Positions 16,970 to 27,683 are shown, counted from the first letter of the stretch. The stretch is 64,000 nt of DNA from Paludibacteraceae bacterium (GCA_045630805.1 JAZQTO010000001.1:624-64623); one strand, 5' to 3'. The notes: generated from the sequence alone by a model not told the origin. Numbers and translations: made by a program.

Positions 16970-17756
16970 TCACGAAGAGAAAATGACCTTTTGGGAACAT
17001 GTCGAAGTGTTCCGAAAGGTTGTTTTCTGTTGCTTGGCTGTATGGCTCATTTGTGCTATTGCTGCGTTCTGCTTTAAGGATGCACTCTTTAGTGTGCTTT
17101 TTGCTCCCTCACAATCCGACTTTATTCTCTATCGCGGATTGTGTTGGTTGGCAGAGCGATTGTCTATGCCTGCGCTATGCCCAGGAGATTTTTCTATAGA
17201 CTTTATCAATACTGAACTTGCCTCGCAATTCACCACACACCTGCAAGTGGCAGTCATCATGGGTGTGCTGGTGGCATTTCCCTATTTGATCATTCAACTA
17301 TACGGATTTATTGCACCTGCGTTATACACTCAAGAAAAACGCTACTCCATCATGCTGATATTCTTCGGGGTGATATTGTTTGCAATGGGCGTATTGCTCA
17401 ACTATTTTGTGATATTCCCTTTCGCCTTTCGCTTCTTAAGTACTTATCAAGTGCAAGAGGTCGTAGTTAATCAAATCGCGCTAAAGTCGTATATATCAAC
17501 ACTCTTGGTGTTATCATTGCTTATGGGTATATTGTTCGAGATACCGATCATTGCCTATTTCTTGGCAAAATTGGGATTGATTGACAAGCCGCTATTAGTA
17601 CAATATCGCAAACATGCGATAGTCGTATTAGCCATTTTGTCAGCCGTCATTACCCCGACTGCGGATATTTTCACTTTGCTGTTAGTGACAGTACCGCTAT
17701 ACCTGCTTTATGAATTGAGTATTCATATCGTAGCACGAACAAAAGTGAAGGAATAA
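16959..17756 (+). CDS. tatC: Twin-arginine translocase subunit TatC
   Basis: 265 aa with 6 TM helices. N-terminal [12 protein letters not shown] resembles the TatC HL.ELR motif. Overlaps tatA by 11 nt. Confidence 0.88.
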   Translation: MENNHEEKMTFWEHVEVFRKVVFCCLAVWLICAIAAFCFKDALFSVLFAPSQSDFILYRGLCWLAERLSMPALCPGDFSIDFINTELASQFTTHLQVAVIMGVLVAFPYLIIQLYGFIAPALYTQEKRYSIMLIFFGVILFAMGVLLNYFVIFPFAFRFLSTYQVQEVVVNQIALKSYISTLLVLSLLMGILFEIPIIAYFLAKLGLIDKPLLVQYRKHAIVVLAILSAVITPTADIFTLLLVTVPLYLLYELSIHIVARTKVKE

Positions 17757-17799
17757 AAATTTCTTTGAATAAATACTTGTACAATTCATAAAAAATCAT

Positions 17800-17807
17800 T
17801 ACCTTTG
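17800..17807 (+). promoter_or_regulatory. Bacteroidota -7 promoter box (TACCTTTG) downstream of tatC
   Basis: 'cattacctttgcaccta' is followed by a ~125-nt structured segment that ends in a terminator-like hairpin (17912-17940). Confidence 0.5.
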
Positions 17808-17900
17808 CACCTAAAAGCTCTGCGCCTGAATTGTGGAAGTGGGAGATGTTCCTTCTCGGAAGGTCAAACTATTTGACCAAATCCCCAGTCACGGCTTTCA

Positions 17901-17922
17901 AGACATATTTAAAAAGCGTTTA
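17901..17922 (+). repeat. 22-nt direct repeat, right copy
   Basis: agacatatttaaaaagcgttta; partner at 13501-13522. Overlaps the hairpin aaaagcgt...acgctttt followed by a T-run. Confidence 0.7.
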
Positions 17923-17996
17923 GAAGGTTCCACGCTTTTTCTATATTTATACCAACGGGGTGTTTGGAGCCAACTTCCCACAAAACATTAATAACA

Positions 17997-20402
17997 ATGA
18001 AGAAGATTATTACATTCATTTTCCTTGCTCTTGTAGCAACAACCTTACTAGCTGGCAACAACGACCTCCTGTTCAGCATTAATACTGATGAGAAACCTTA
18101 TACGGCAAAAGTAGTTTATAATGATTCTATAGATGGAGGTTATTTTGGTAAAATTGTTATACCTTCGAGTGGCCTTTTTAATATTGATGGAAAGATTGAA
18201 TCGGTAAAAATCAATTGTATTGGATCAGAGGCGTTTAAAGGATGTGAAAATCTTAAATCAATAAGAATTCCCAATGGTGTTACACACATAGGAAGTAATG
18301 CTTTTGAAGGGTGTTCGTCTCTTAAATCAATCAATATCCCCAGTAGTGTAATGTACATTGATGCGGATGCTGTGATGTTGGAATCGGATATTATGAAAAT
18401 TATAATTAAAGCCCGTAATGAAAACATTGTCCAAAATATATTGTCAAATCCTTTTACATACTGTAGTTCTTTATTTTCGATTAAAGTAGCCAAAAATAAT
18501 AACATATATGATAGTCGCGATAATTGTAATGCAATAATATTAACAACTAGAAACAAACTTATTGTTGGTTGTAAAAACACCATTATTCCCAATAGTGTAA
18601 CTGAAATAGGACAGAGTGCTTTTGAAGGCTGTTCTGCACTCAAATCCATTACTATTCCAAATAGTGTAACTGAGATAGGAGGCGAGGCCTTTAAAGGTTG
18701 TTCTTCACTCGAATCTATTACTATTCCCAATAGTGTAACTGAGATAGGAGAGTATGCTTTTGAAGGCTGTTCTTCACTTGTATCCATTGCTATTCCTAAT
18801 GGTGTAACAGAGATTGGGGGCAGTGCTTTTGAAGGTTGTTCTTCACTCGAATCTATTACTATTCCCAATAGTGTAACTGAGATAGTATACGAAACATTTA
18901 AGGGTTGTTCTTCGCTTGAATCCATTACTATTCCTAATAGTGTAACTGAGATAGGGTCCAGTGCTTTTGAAGGGTGCTCCTTAAAAAAAGTAGTTTGTGA
19001 ATCTGTAAATGTACCTAAATTATCTAACTGGGTTGAAGTGTTTGGCACTAAAGAAGAAATGTCTAACATCACCTTATACGTTCCTAGTAAATCATTGTGG
19101 AAATACAGATTATCTCGTGATTGGAATCGCTTTGGTAAAATAAGGACAATAGAAGGAGAACCTACAATGGGATTTGCTGTTATCATAGTTGGTCTATTCT
19201 CACTCATATTCTTTGTGGTTATTTTTATTCGTCATGAACTAAAAACATCAGCAGGTTATGGATATAGAATCGTGAATCATAGGGCAAAAGACATACATGG
19301 AGATCCTAGTAAAATGCAGACACTGGTAGAATATATTCAAAGTAGATTTAATTATGAAAAGTATAAAACTATTGTAAAAAAACATGCAACGAAAGGTATC
19401 AATATTAAGATATCTAAAGGAGGGTTGTTTAAAGCATTATTGGGGTTGCACACCACAATAAAACTCAGAATGAAAATAGATGAAACCAATCTTGTGGGCA
19501 TTAAAGTCAGAGGACGTTCTTTCTTATGGCTTCTTTGGTATATTTCATTGGATTTATTTTTATATGTGATGATAGAGAGAATGCAACTAATATATATATT
19601 CTTATTGATTCCCATTTGCTTAATAGCTCTCCAAATTACAGGAAAAATTAAACAAGTTCGACTAAAAAAATACGCACTTGCTATTATTGCAAACGAATTT
19701 GAAAATCCATCTAATCCAGAGCCAAAATTTAAGTCAGAGAATCACAACTCTGAAAAAACAAAAAAATCTCAAACAAAGACCTCAATAAAAGATACGGTTT
19801 CTTTTATAGATAAAATCAAGGATCTGTTTATAGCATTAAAATCTTCATACAACGAACAGTTGGAAAAATTAAAAGAAGAACGGGCACAAGAGCAACTTAG
19901 ACAGCAACAAGCACAAGCTAAACAGCATACGCAAAGTAGTGGAACCGCTCAAATAGCGGACATGAGAACGGTAGACTATTTGGCAAACGAAATTTATGTT
20001 GCCTTTACAAACGAAGGGTATGATGTAAAAATTGTGCCACGTGACACACTTCTCTCCGCCATAAAAGGTGAGAAAGGCAAGTATATCCGTATTTCCAAAG
20101 GAGGTTTCTTCGCTGCGTTATTCGGAGTACGCAAAGCGCTCTTAGTAGAAATTTTTACCAATAGTGCAGGTAAAATTTTAGCAGAAGTAGCATGTAACTA
20201 TAATGTTTGGCCATTTCTGCTTATTGTTGCAGAAGGGTTGACTGCCATCTCTATGTGTTCAATTGGCAATGACATAGGATATGGTTGGGCGATAGCTAGT
20301 GTAATAATATTTGGAAACATCTTGATACCAATACATGTTCGTACCCTATTAGAAAATATTACTGCCTACAAAAAAGCACGTACCATAATTTTTGGAAAAT
20401 GA
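17997..20402 (+). CDS. BspA-type leucine-rich-repeat (LRR_5) surface protein with a multi-TM, internally duplicated C-terminal region
   Basis: Signal peptide MKKIITFIFLALVATTLLAG. At least 6 tandem 23-aa units IPNSVTEIG..AFEGCSSL.SIT. Hydrophobic helices start at nt 19167. Duplicated motif I(K/R)ISKGG(L/F)F.AL.G. Gln-rich coiled coil. The TTG start at 17964 in the ORF track is less likely. Confidence 0.85.
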   Translation: MKKIITFIFLALVATTLLAGNNDLLFSINTDEKPYTAKVVYNDSIDGGYFGKIVIPSSGLFNIDGKIESVKINCIGSEAFKGCENLKSIRIPNGVTHIGSNAFEGCSSLKSINIPSSVMYIDADAVMLESDIMKIIIKARNENIVQNILSNPFTYCSSLFSIKVAKNNNIYDSRDNCNAIILTTRNKLIVGCKNTIIPNSVTEIGQSAFEGCSALKSITIPNSVTEIGGEAFKGCSSLESITIPNSVTEIGEYAFEGCSSLVSIAIPNGVTEIGGSAFEGCSSLESITIPNSVTEIVYETFKGCSSLESITIPNSVTEIGSSAFEGCSLKKVVCESVNVPKLSNWVEVFGTKEEMSNITLYVPSKSLWKYRLSRDWNRFGKIRTIEGEPTMGFAVIIVGLFSLIFFVVIFIRHELKTSAGYGYRIVNHRAKDIHGDPSKMQTLVEYIQSRFNYEKYKTIVKKHATKGINIKISKGGLFKALLGLHTTIKLRMKIDETNLVGIKVRGRSFLWLLWYISLDLFLYVMIERMQLIYIFLLIPICLIALQITGKIKQVRLKKYALAIIANEFENPSNPEPKFKSENHNSEKTKKSQTKTSIKDTVSFIDKIKDLFIALKSSYNEQLEKLKEERAQEQLRQQQAQAKQHTQSSGTAQIADMRTVDYLANEIYVAFTNEGYDVKIVPRDTLLSAIKGEKGKYIRISKGGFFAALFGVRKALLVEIFTNSAGKILAEVACNYNVWPFLLIVAEGLTAISMCSIGNDIGYGWAIASVIIFGNILIPIHVRTLLENITAYKKARTIIFGK

Positions 20403-20483
20403 ATGATATGTTTTACTGATTACCAAGTGCAAAATACACTAGAGCATCCTTTCATACATCCCTAAATTCCACTAGAATACATT

Positions 20484-20996
20484 ATGGAAGAAAAAATCAT
20501 CAATGGCATCAATTATCGTCTTGATAACGCTACATTGACCGCAGAGGTTATATGGAATGAAGGCGACTATTCTGGTGATGTTGTTATCCCAGATACAGTA
20601 GTTAGTGATACAGTTTCGTATAGGGTTACAAGTATTGGAGATGCGGCTTTCGCTCGTTGCACATCTTTGATTTCTATCGTTATTCCCGATAGTGTCACGA
20701 GTATTGGAGATGATGCTTTCTATGAATGCTCATCTCTGACCTCCATCACTATCCCTGAGAGTGTAACGAGTATAGGAAAGGATGCTTTTGCTCATTGCGA
20801 ATGCCTAGACTCCAACTCCACAAAAGAGCAACGTATTAGTATAGGGTGTGGTATTTTATGCTTTCTTTTTCCTGTTGTGGGATGGATTTGCACTCTCGTA
20901 TGGAAGGAAGAATTCCCAGAAAAAGCAAAAAAATGCGATAAAGTGGCAAGGTGGGGATTCTTGTTTAATTATGCTATCTATCTTTTAGCTAACTAG
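20484..20996 (+). CDS. Small BspA-type LRR protein with a C-terminal membrane anchor
   Basis: Three IPDSVTSIGDDAF..C.SL units, then the hydrophobic segment GILCFLFPVVGWICTLVW. No signal peptide is visible. Confidence 0.7.
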   Translation: MEEKIINGINYRLDNATLTAEVIWNEGDYSGDVVIPDTVVSDTVSYRVTSIGDAAFARCTSLISIVIPDSVTSIGDDAFYECSSLTSITIPESVTSIGKDAFAHCECLDSNSTKEQRISIGCGILCFLFPVVGWICTLVWKEEFPEKAKKCDKVARWGFLFNYAIYLLAN

Positions 20997-21627
20997 TAAG
21001 AAAACAATACGATAGTCTAAAAATCCAAAGAATGGGGATAAAACCAAATCTGGAATGCGGCACAACTTTCGGTACGCGAAAACTTTTTTCTACAAAATAC
21101 TACAAGTGAGAATAGGTGAAAACGACATGTGTCGGAAATGTCGGTTTTGACGGTTTCAAACCGACAAAACGACACTTCCGACATGCTATCTAATTAAGAA
21201 TTGTGCATTGATTTTCAGGGAGAAAGGTGCTGAAAATGGATTTCTGCGGACTTTTTGAGGATGTCCGAGAATGTGTTCGCAGAAAGTCCGTGGGAAAAAC
21301 GCACACGGAGTCAACTTGTTGATTTTCAATATCACCAATTTAATTTTTAAATTAGATTTTTTAGATTTTCTAGAATTTGTTTGACTTCTAAATTTTCTAA
21401 GTATTCTAAAGATTCTAACAGATTACTTATAACTTATCACTCCAACTTATTTCCCCGATACCACCCCGTTACCACTCCGAAGGGTTACCGAAAGGATACA
21501 GAAGGGATAAGCAAGGGATATGAATCACATACTAATCTCATAGTGAAGACTAGCGATTGATAGTTAATATCTTTGGGGTTTTCGTCTAAAAATGCTCGCT
21601 TCGCTTGCGTATGTGCATTTTTTGTCG

Positions 21628-21635
21628 TACCTTTG
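21628..21635 (+). promoter_or_regulatory. Bacteroidota -7 promoter box (TACCTTTG) for the pseudouridine synthase gene
   Basis: 'gtcgtacctttgcaccg' lies 23 nt upstream of the ATG at 21658. Confidence 0.55.
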
Positions 21636-21657
21636 CACCGAATTTACTGATTAAACG

Positions 21658-22584
21658 ATGAAACGCAAACAAGATACATCTTTTAGAGTGGAGGCAGCAA
21701 CCGAATTGATGCCTTTTCTACTCGCTAAACTAGGCGGAATGACCCGCACCAGCGTGAAGCAGCTACTTAGTCAACGACGAGTGACTGTGAACGCAGGCAT
21801 TCAAACCCGTCATGACACGCCGCTCAAAGCAGGCGATGTGATCAACATCCTACAAGGTCGCGGAAACGTTGAACTCCGTCACCCTAAACTGCGCGTTATC
21901 TACGAAGATAATGCCCTCATCATTGTGGAGAAGAAAAACGGACTACTCACCGTTCCTTACAACCCCAAGAGCAGCGAGATGACTGCCTACTCTATTCTCA
22001 AAGACTATGTGCGTAAGCAATCGAATCGCAATACCGTGCATGTAGTACACCGTCTTGACCGCGAGACAAGTGGTGTGTTGGTGTTTGCTAAATCTGCTGA
22101 ACTACAAGAGTATATGCGCACCTACTGGAAGCAACTAGTGACCAAACGCACCTATGTGGCTGTAGTGGAGGGACATTTGGAAAAGAAAGAAGGAACCATC
22201 ACTACATGGTTAACAGAGGATCCACATACAGGCATGGTATATTCGTCGCCCAAAGATGATGGCGGACAAAAAGCGGTCACACACTACAAGGTGATTAACG
22301 CAACAACCATAGGCGAAGGCGAGAAAGAGATGCCGATCTCGCTCGTTGAGTTGAACTTGGAGACAGGTCGCACGAACCAAATTCGTGTGCATATGCAGAG
22401 CATCGGTCATCCCGTGATGGGCGACAGAAAATATGGTCATGGCAATGAATACTCACCCATTGACCGATTGTGCTTGCACGCCCGTACACTGGAGTTTATT
22501 CACCCAATGACGGAGAAGAAAGTGCGATTTGAGGCACCGCTGCCAAAGGAGTTTTCTGTAGGCGATAAGGCAATGAGGCAATAA
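21658..22584 (+). CDS. RluA-family 23S rRNA pseudouridine synthase (RluD/RluC-like, with S4 domain)
   Basis: Catalytic HRLDRETSGVLVFAK, plus GRTNQIRVH and an N-terminal S4-like RNA-binding segment. Confidence 0.9.
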   Translation: MKRKQDTSFRVEAATELMPFLLAKLGGMTRTSVKQLLSQRRVTVNAGIQTRHDTPLKAGDVINILQGRGNVELRHPKLRVIYEDNALIIVEKKNGLLTVPYNPKSSEMTAYSILKDYVRKQSNRNTVHVVHRLDRETSGVLVFAKSAELQEYMRTYWKQLVTKRTYVAVVEGHLEKKEGTITTWLTEDPHTGMVYSSPKDDGGQKAVTHYKVINATTIGEGEKEMPISLVELNLETGRTNQIRVHMQSIGHPVMGDRKYGHGNEYSPIDRLCLHARTLEFIHPMTEKKVRFEAPLPKEFSVGDKAMRQ

Positions 22585-22674
22585 GGCGAAAGGCGAGAAC
22601 AAAAAGAAGCTAGACGGGGGTCTAGCTTCTTTTATATAGGTAAGAAATGTGTGTGTTAGAAAATGACGGATGGG

Positions 22675-24993
<2,319 letters not shown>

Positions 24994-24994
24994 A

Positions 24995-25065
24995 CTTCCT
25001 TAGCAGCATTACCTGCCCAGGTTCAAAGGGTATAATCTCAGCCGTGAGAGGCACCCCTGTAGTTA
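24995..25065 (-). promoter_or_regulatory. TPP (THI-box) riboswitch
   Basis: The minus strand reads ACAGGGGTGCCTCTCACGGCTGAGATTATACCCTTTGAACCTGGGCAGGTAATGCTGCTAAGGAAG. It contains the conserved GGGGUGC, CUGAGA and ACCCUUUGAACCUG blocks, a pyrimidine-sensor helix and a terminal AGGAAG. It ends 1-2 nt before the receptor ATG. Confidence 0.9.
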
Positions 25066-25158
25066 ATAATATAGTTAGCTAATATCCCATAAGCACTCGG
25101 CTTGTACTTAGGGTGTATTATGCCATTTATTGGTAGATGTTCGGATATCCCGATAGGA

Positions 25159-25929
25159 TTACAGTTTGTAGGAGAAGGTGCAAAGCCATCCCCATTCGTT
25201 CATCTTTTGCTTAGGCAAAACAGATGTTCGAAGAATATTGTTGAGTCCGAAGTCGTAGCCAGCTTGGAGGCGATAACGATCCCACTCCAATCCACCACCT
25301 AGTCCGAATTGGATATTGGTGCGGTACAACTCTTTGGTCACATATCTATCATGAGGGGTGGTAGGTATTCCTTGCTCTTTTAACCATTCAAGGGTGGTAG
25401 GGTCCACTTTGGTTTTGAGCATATCGTAATTCGTAAGTCCAATATTGAGTTGTGGTCCAGCATAGAAGAAAACATTTAGTTTTTTCCACACCTTAATATT
25501 ATAGTACGCGCGCACGGGGATGGTGAGTTGTAGTTGTAGAAGATTATGCTTTAGAACATTGACCTGTGCAAACTCTGGCGTGCTAATAGGCCAATGTTGG
25601 TTGTTGCGACCATACGTGAAGGTAAGCAACGCGCCTGTTTGAATACTAAAGTTACGAGGTAGCACAAAATCCACAGTAGCACCTAAGCGGACACCGTGCA
25701 TATAGACAGCGGAAGTATCCTGGGTACGATGATTGAGTTGGGCATATCCCAACTCCAATCTCCAAGGGGTAGCAAACTTATACTCCTCTTGTTGTGCTTT
25801 ACGAGTTGGATCAAAAAAACCTTGCTCTGCCGTGTAAAGATCAGGAAGGGAGTTTTTTTGCTCTTGTGCCATAGTCACGAAGGTGGCACAAAAGATAGCA
25901 AGAAACAGTGTAAAATTTCTTAAATTCAT
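25159..25929 (-). CDS. Outer-membrane beta-barrel protein (small porin/OMP_b-brl-like)
   Basis: Signal peptide MNLRNFTLFLAIFCATFVTMAQE, alternating amphipathic strands, and C-terminal ...CTFSYKL. Confidence 0.6.
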   Translation of the reverse strand: MNLRNFTLFLAIFCATFVTMAQEQKNSLPDLYTAEQGFFDPTRKAQQEEYKFATPWRLELGYAQLNHRTQDTSAVYMHGVRLGATVDFVLPRNFSIQTGALLTFTYGRNNQHWPISTPEFAQVNVLKHNLLQLQLTIPVRAYYNIKVWKKLNVFFYAGPQLNIGLTNYDMLKTKVDPTTLEWLKEQGIPTTPHDRYVTKELYRTNIQFGLGGGLEWDRYRLQAGYDFGLNNILRTSVLPKQKMNEWGWLCTFSYKL

Positions 25930-26239
25930 TGTTTAACAGTTGTTTTCGGGCTACAAAGGTACTATTTTCTGTGGAAATATGCAATTTTTTTTGAAAAAAT
26001 GTGCTTTTTCAATGAAAATATTTGCGTATTGTATGCGGGCTACGCCCTTTCATTTAGCGAAACAGCAGTATCTTCGGACGCCGCCTTGCTAAAAAATGCG
26101 GTTTGTGATGTGACCTTTAAAACCACATTTTTTAGCAATTCCCCCGAAGCTACGTCCGCTAAATGCTGCAAATACACACTTTTTTTATACAAAAATACAT
26201 TTTTTTCTAAAAATATTTGCGTATTTGCATTTTTTGTAG

Positions 26240-26247
26240 TACCTTTG
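26240..26247 (+). promoter_or_regulatory. Bacteroidota -7 promoter box (TACCTTTG) for tRNA-Glu
   Basis: 'gtagtacctttgcaccc' lies 31 nt upstream of the 5' end of the tRNA. Confidence 0.55.
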
Positions 26248-26277
26248 CACCCGATTTTCGCCCATAGTGGAGAAAAT

Positions 26278-26349
26278 GGTGCCATCGTCTATCGGTTAGG
26301 ACAAGAGATTTTCATTCTCTAAAGCGGGGTTCGATTCCCCGTGGCACTA
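26278..26349 (+). tRNA. tRNA-Glu (UUC)
   Basis: Hand-folded cloverleaf: acceptor GGTGCCA/TGGCACT (G1-U72 wobble), D arm GTC..GAC, anticodon stem AGAGA/TCTCT with loop TTTTCAT, T arm CGGGG-TTCGATT-CCCCG. CCA is not encoded. Confidence 0.85.
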
Positions 26350-26395
26350 CAAGATAACATAAGAATAGTAACATTTATTAAGATTTATTATTAAG

Positions 26396-26647
26396 ATGGC
26401 AAACCATAAATCATCTTTGAAGCGTATTCGCCAAACTGCAACTCGTAAAGCTCACAACCACTACTACGCAAAGACAGCTCGTAACGCTGTTCGCGCTTTG
26501 CGTGCAACAACCGACAAAGCTGCTGCTGAGCAATTGTTGCCAAAAGTAAGCTCATTGTTGGACAAATTGGCTAAGCGTAACATCATTCACCGCAACAAAG
26601 CAGCTAACTTGAAGTCTAGCTTGGCTTTGCACACTAACGCTCTCTAA
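26396..26647 (+). CDS. rpsT: 30S ribosomal protein S20
   Basis: [13 protein letters not shown]...HRNKAA is the S20 signature. Confidence 0.95.
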   Translation: MANHKSSLKRIRQTATRKAHNHYYAKTARNAVRALRATTDKAAAEQLLPKVSSLLDKLAKRNIIHRNKAANLKSSLALHTNAL

Positions 26648-26673
26648 GCAATTATTGTAAACCACAATATAGT

Positions 26674-26699
26674 GGGGCTACCTTTCGGTAGCCCCTTTT
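26674..26699. terminator. Bidirectional intrinsic terminator between the convergent rpsT and glycosyltransferase genes
   Basis: Hairpin ggggctacc-tttc-ggtagcccc followed by tttt. Confidence 0.8.
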
Positions 26700-26704
26700 G
26701 TGCG

Positions 26705-27511
26705 TTAGAGATATTCGCGAATGGCGGTATCGTTGAAGAGTTGGCGTTCTTTGTCGCGGAACCAACCCCATTTATTGAAGTAACGGCACATATTGACCAT
26801 GTGTATCCATAACATTTTGAGCGACTTATAGGATGCTTTTTCGTGATTATGGATAATGGTGGCATGTGGGAAATAGACCGTTAGGTAGTGGCGATGAATA
26901 CGTCGTGTGAGATCCATATCCTCGGGATACATAAAAAAACGTTCATCAAAAAGTCGCACCTGTTTGACCGCCTCTGTTCTAAGTAACATGAAACATCCGC
27001 TAAGGTAAGGGATATTCATAATCTTATCATAGCCCGAAGCGCGCATCTCGTATTGATGATTGCGTTGGGCAATCCAAGCAGAAGGCAAAAAACGTCTTCC
27101 AAAAACATCCAGAGGAGTAGGAAGAAGTTTGCACAGATATTGCAACTGACCATTGGGATAAGTCACTTTGGGCATAAGAGAGCCCACCAATGGGTTTTGA
27201 GAAACAAAATCCAACATACGGTCTAACTCTTTGGTATCTAAGATAATGTCTGGATTGATTACCAAGTGGAAAGGGATATTATCATAGATAGATTCTCGAA
27301 TGGCGATATTGTGAGCAGCACCATAGCCAAGATTAGTAGAATTATGCTGATATTGAATGCGTTCTGACTGCAAAGGAAGTTGCTCCGCAGTCTGAGGCGA
27401 GTTATCAATCCAATACACTCGATTTACCCGCTGCGACCGCAAAAGTGCATGAGTCAGAGCACTAACTTGCTCCCAATCTGGACGATATAAAACAATGGAT
27501 ACGTTGAGCAT
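26705..27511 (-). CDS. Family-2 glycosyltransferase
   Basis: N-terminal VSIVLYRP...IDNSP and a GT2/rhamnosyltransferase-like layout with an acidic DxD-like region (YPEDMDL). Confidence 0.75.
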   Translation of the reverse strand: MLNVSIVLYRPDWEQVSALTHALLRSQRVNRVYWIDNSPQTAEQLPLQSERIQYQHNSTNLGYGAAHNIAIRESIYDNIPFHLVINPDIILDTKELDRMLDFVSQNPLVGSLMPKVTYPNGQLQYLCKLLPTPLDVFGRRFLPSAWIAQRNHQYEMRASGYDKIMNIPYLSGCFMLLRTEAVKQVRLFDERFFMYPEDMDLTRRIHRHYLTVYFPHATIIHNHEKASYKSLKMLWIHMVNMCRYFNKWGWFRDKERQLFNDTAIREYL

Positions 27512-27632
27512 GGATTATTCTAGCACTAAAATCTTCGCAAAGGTACGATGATTTTTTTGTTTGGCAAAATTTTTATTCATTTTTCTTGGTTTTATTCATT
27601 TTTTTGTACCTTTGCGACCCAATCATGTACAC

Positions 27633-27661
27633 AAAAAAAGGAGTCCGTGGGGACTCCTTTT
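27633..27661. terminator. Bidirectional hairpin terminator downstream of rpsP
   Basis: Hairpin ggagtcc-gtgg-ggactcc, flanked by an A-run and a T-run. Confidence 0.75.
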
Positions 27662-27683
27662 AGTTTAATCATTAAGAGGATGA

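Noticed and set aside
18140-19207. 355-aa minus-strand ORF opposite the LRR gene
   Set aside because: The periodic LRR-coding repeats keep the antisense frame open. The plus-strand product has a signal peptide and a canonical BspA repeat consensus.
26278-26349. G1-U72 wobble at the top of the acceptor stem in both tRNA genes, considered as a possible anomaly
   Set aside because: It is seen in my hand folds of both tRNA-Glu and tRNA(CAU). It could reflect a 1-nt boundary error on my part. tRNAscan-SE or ARAGORN is needed before reading anything into it.
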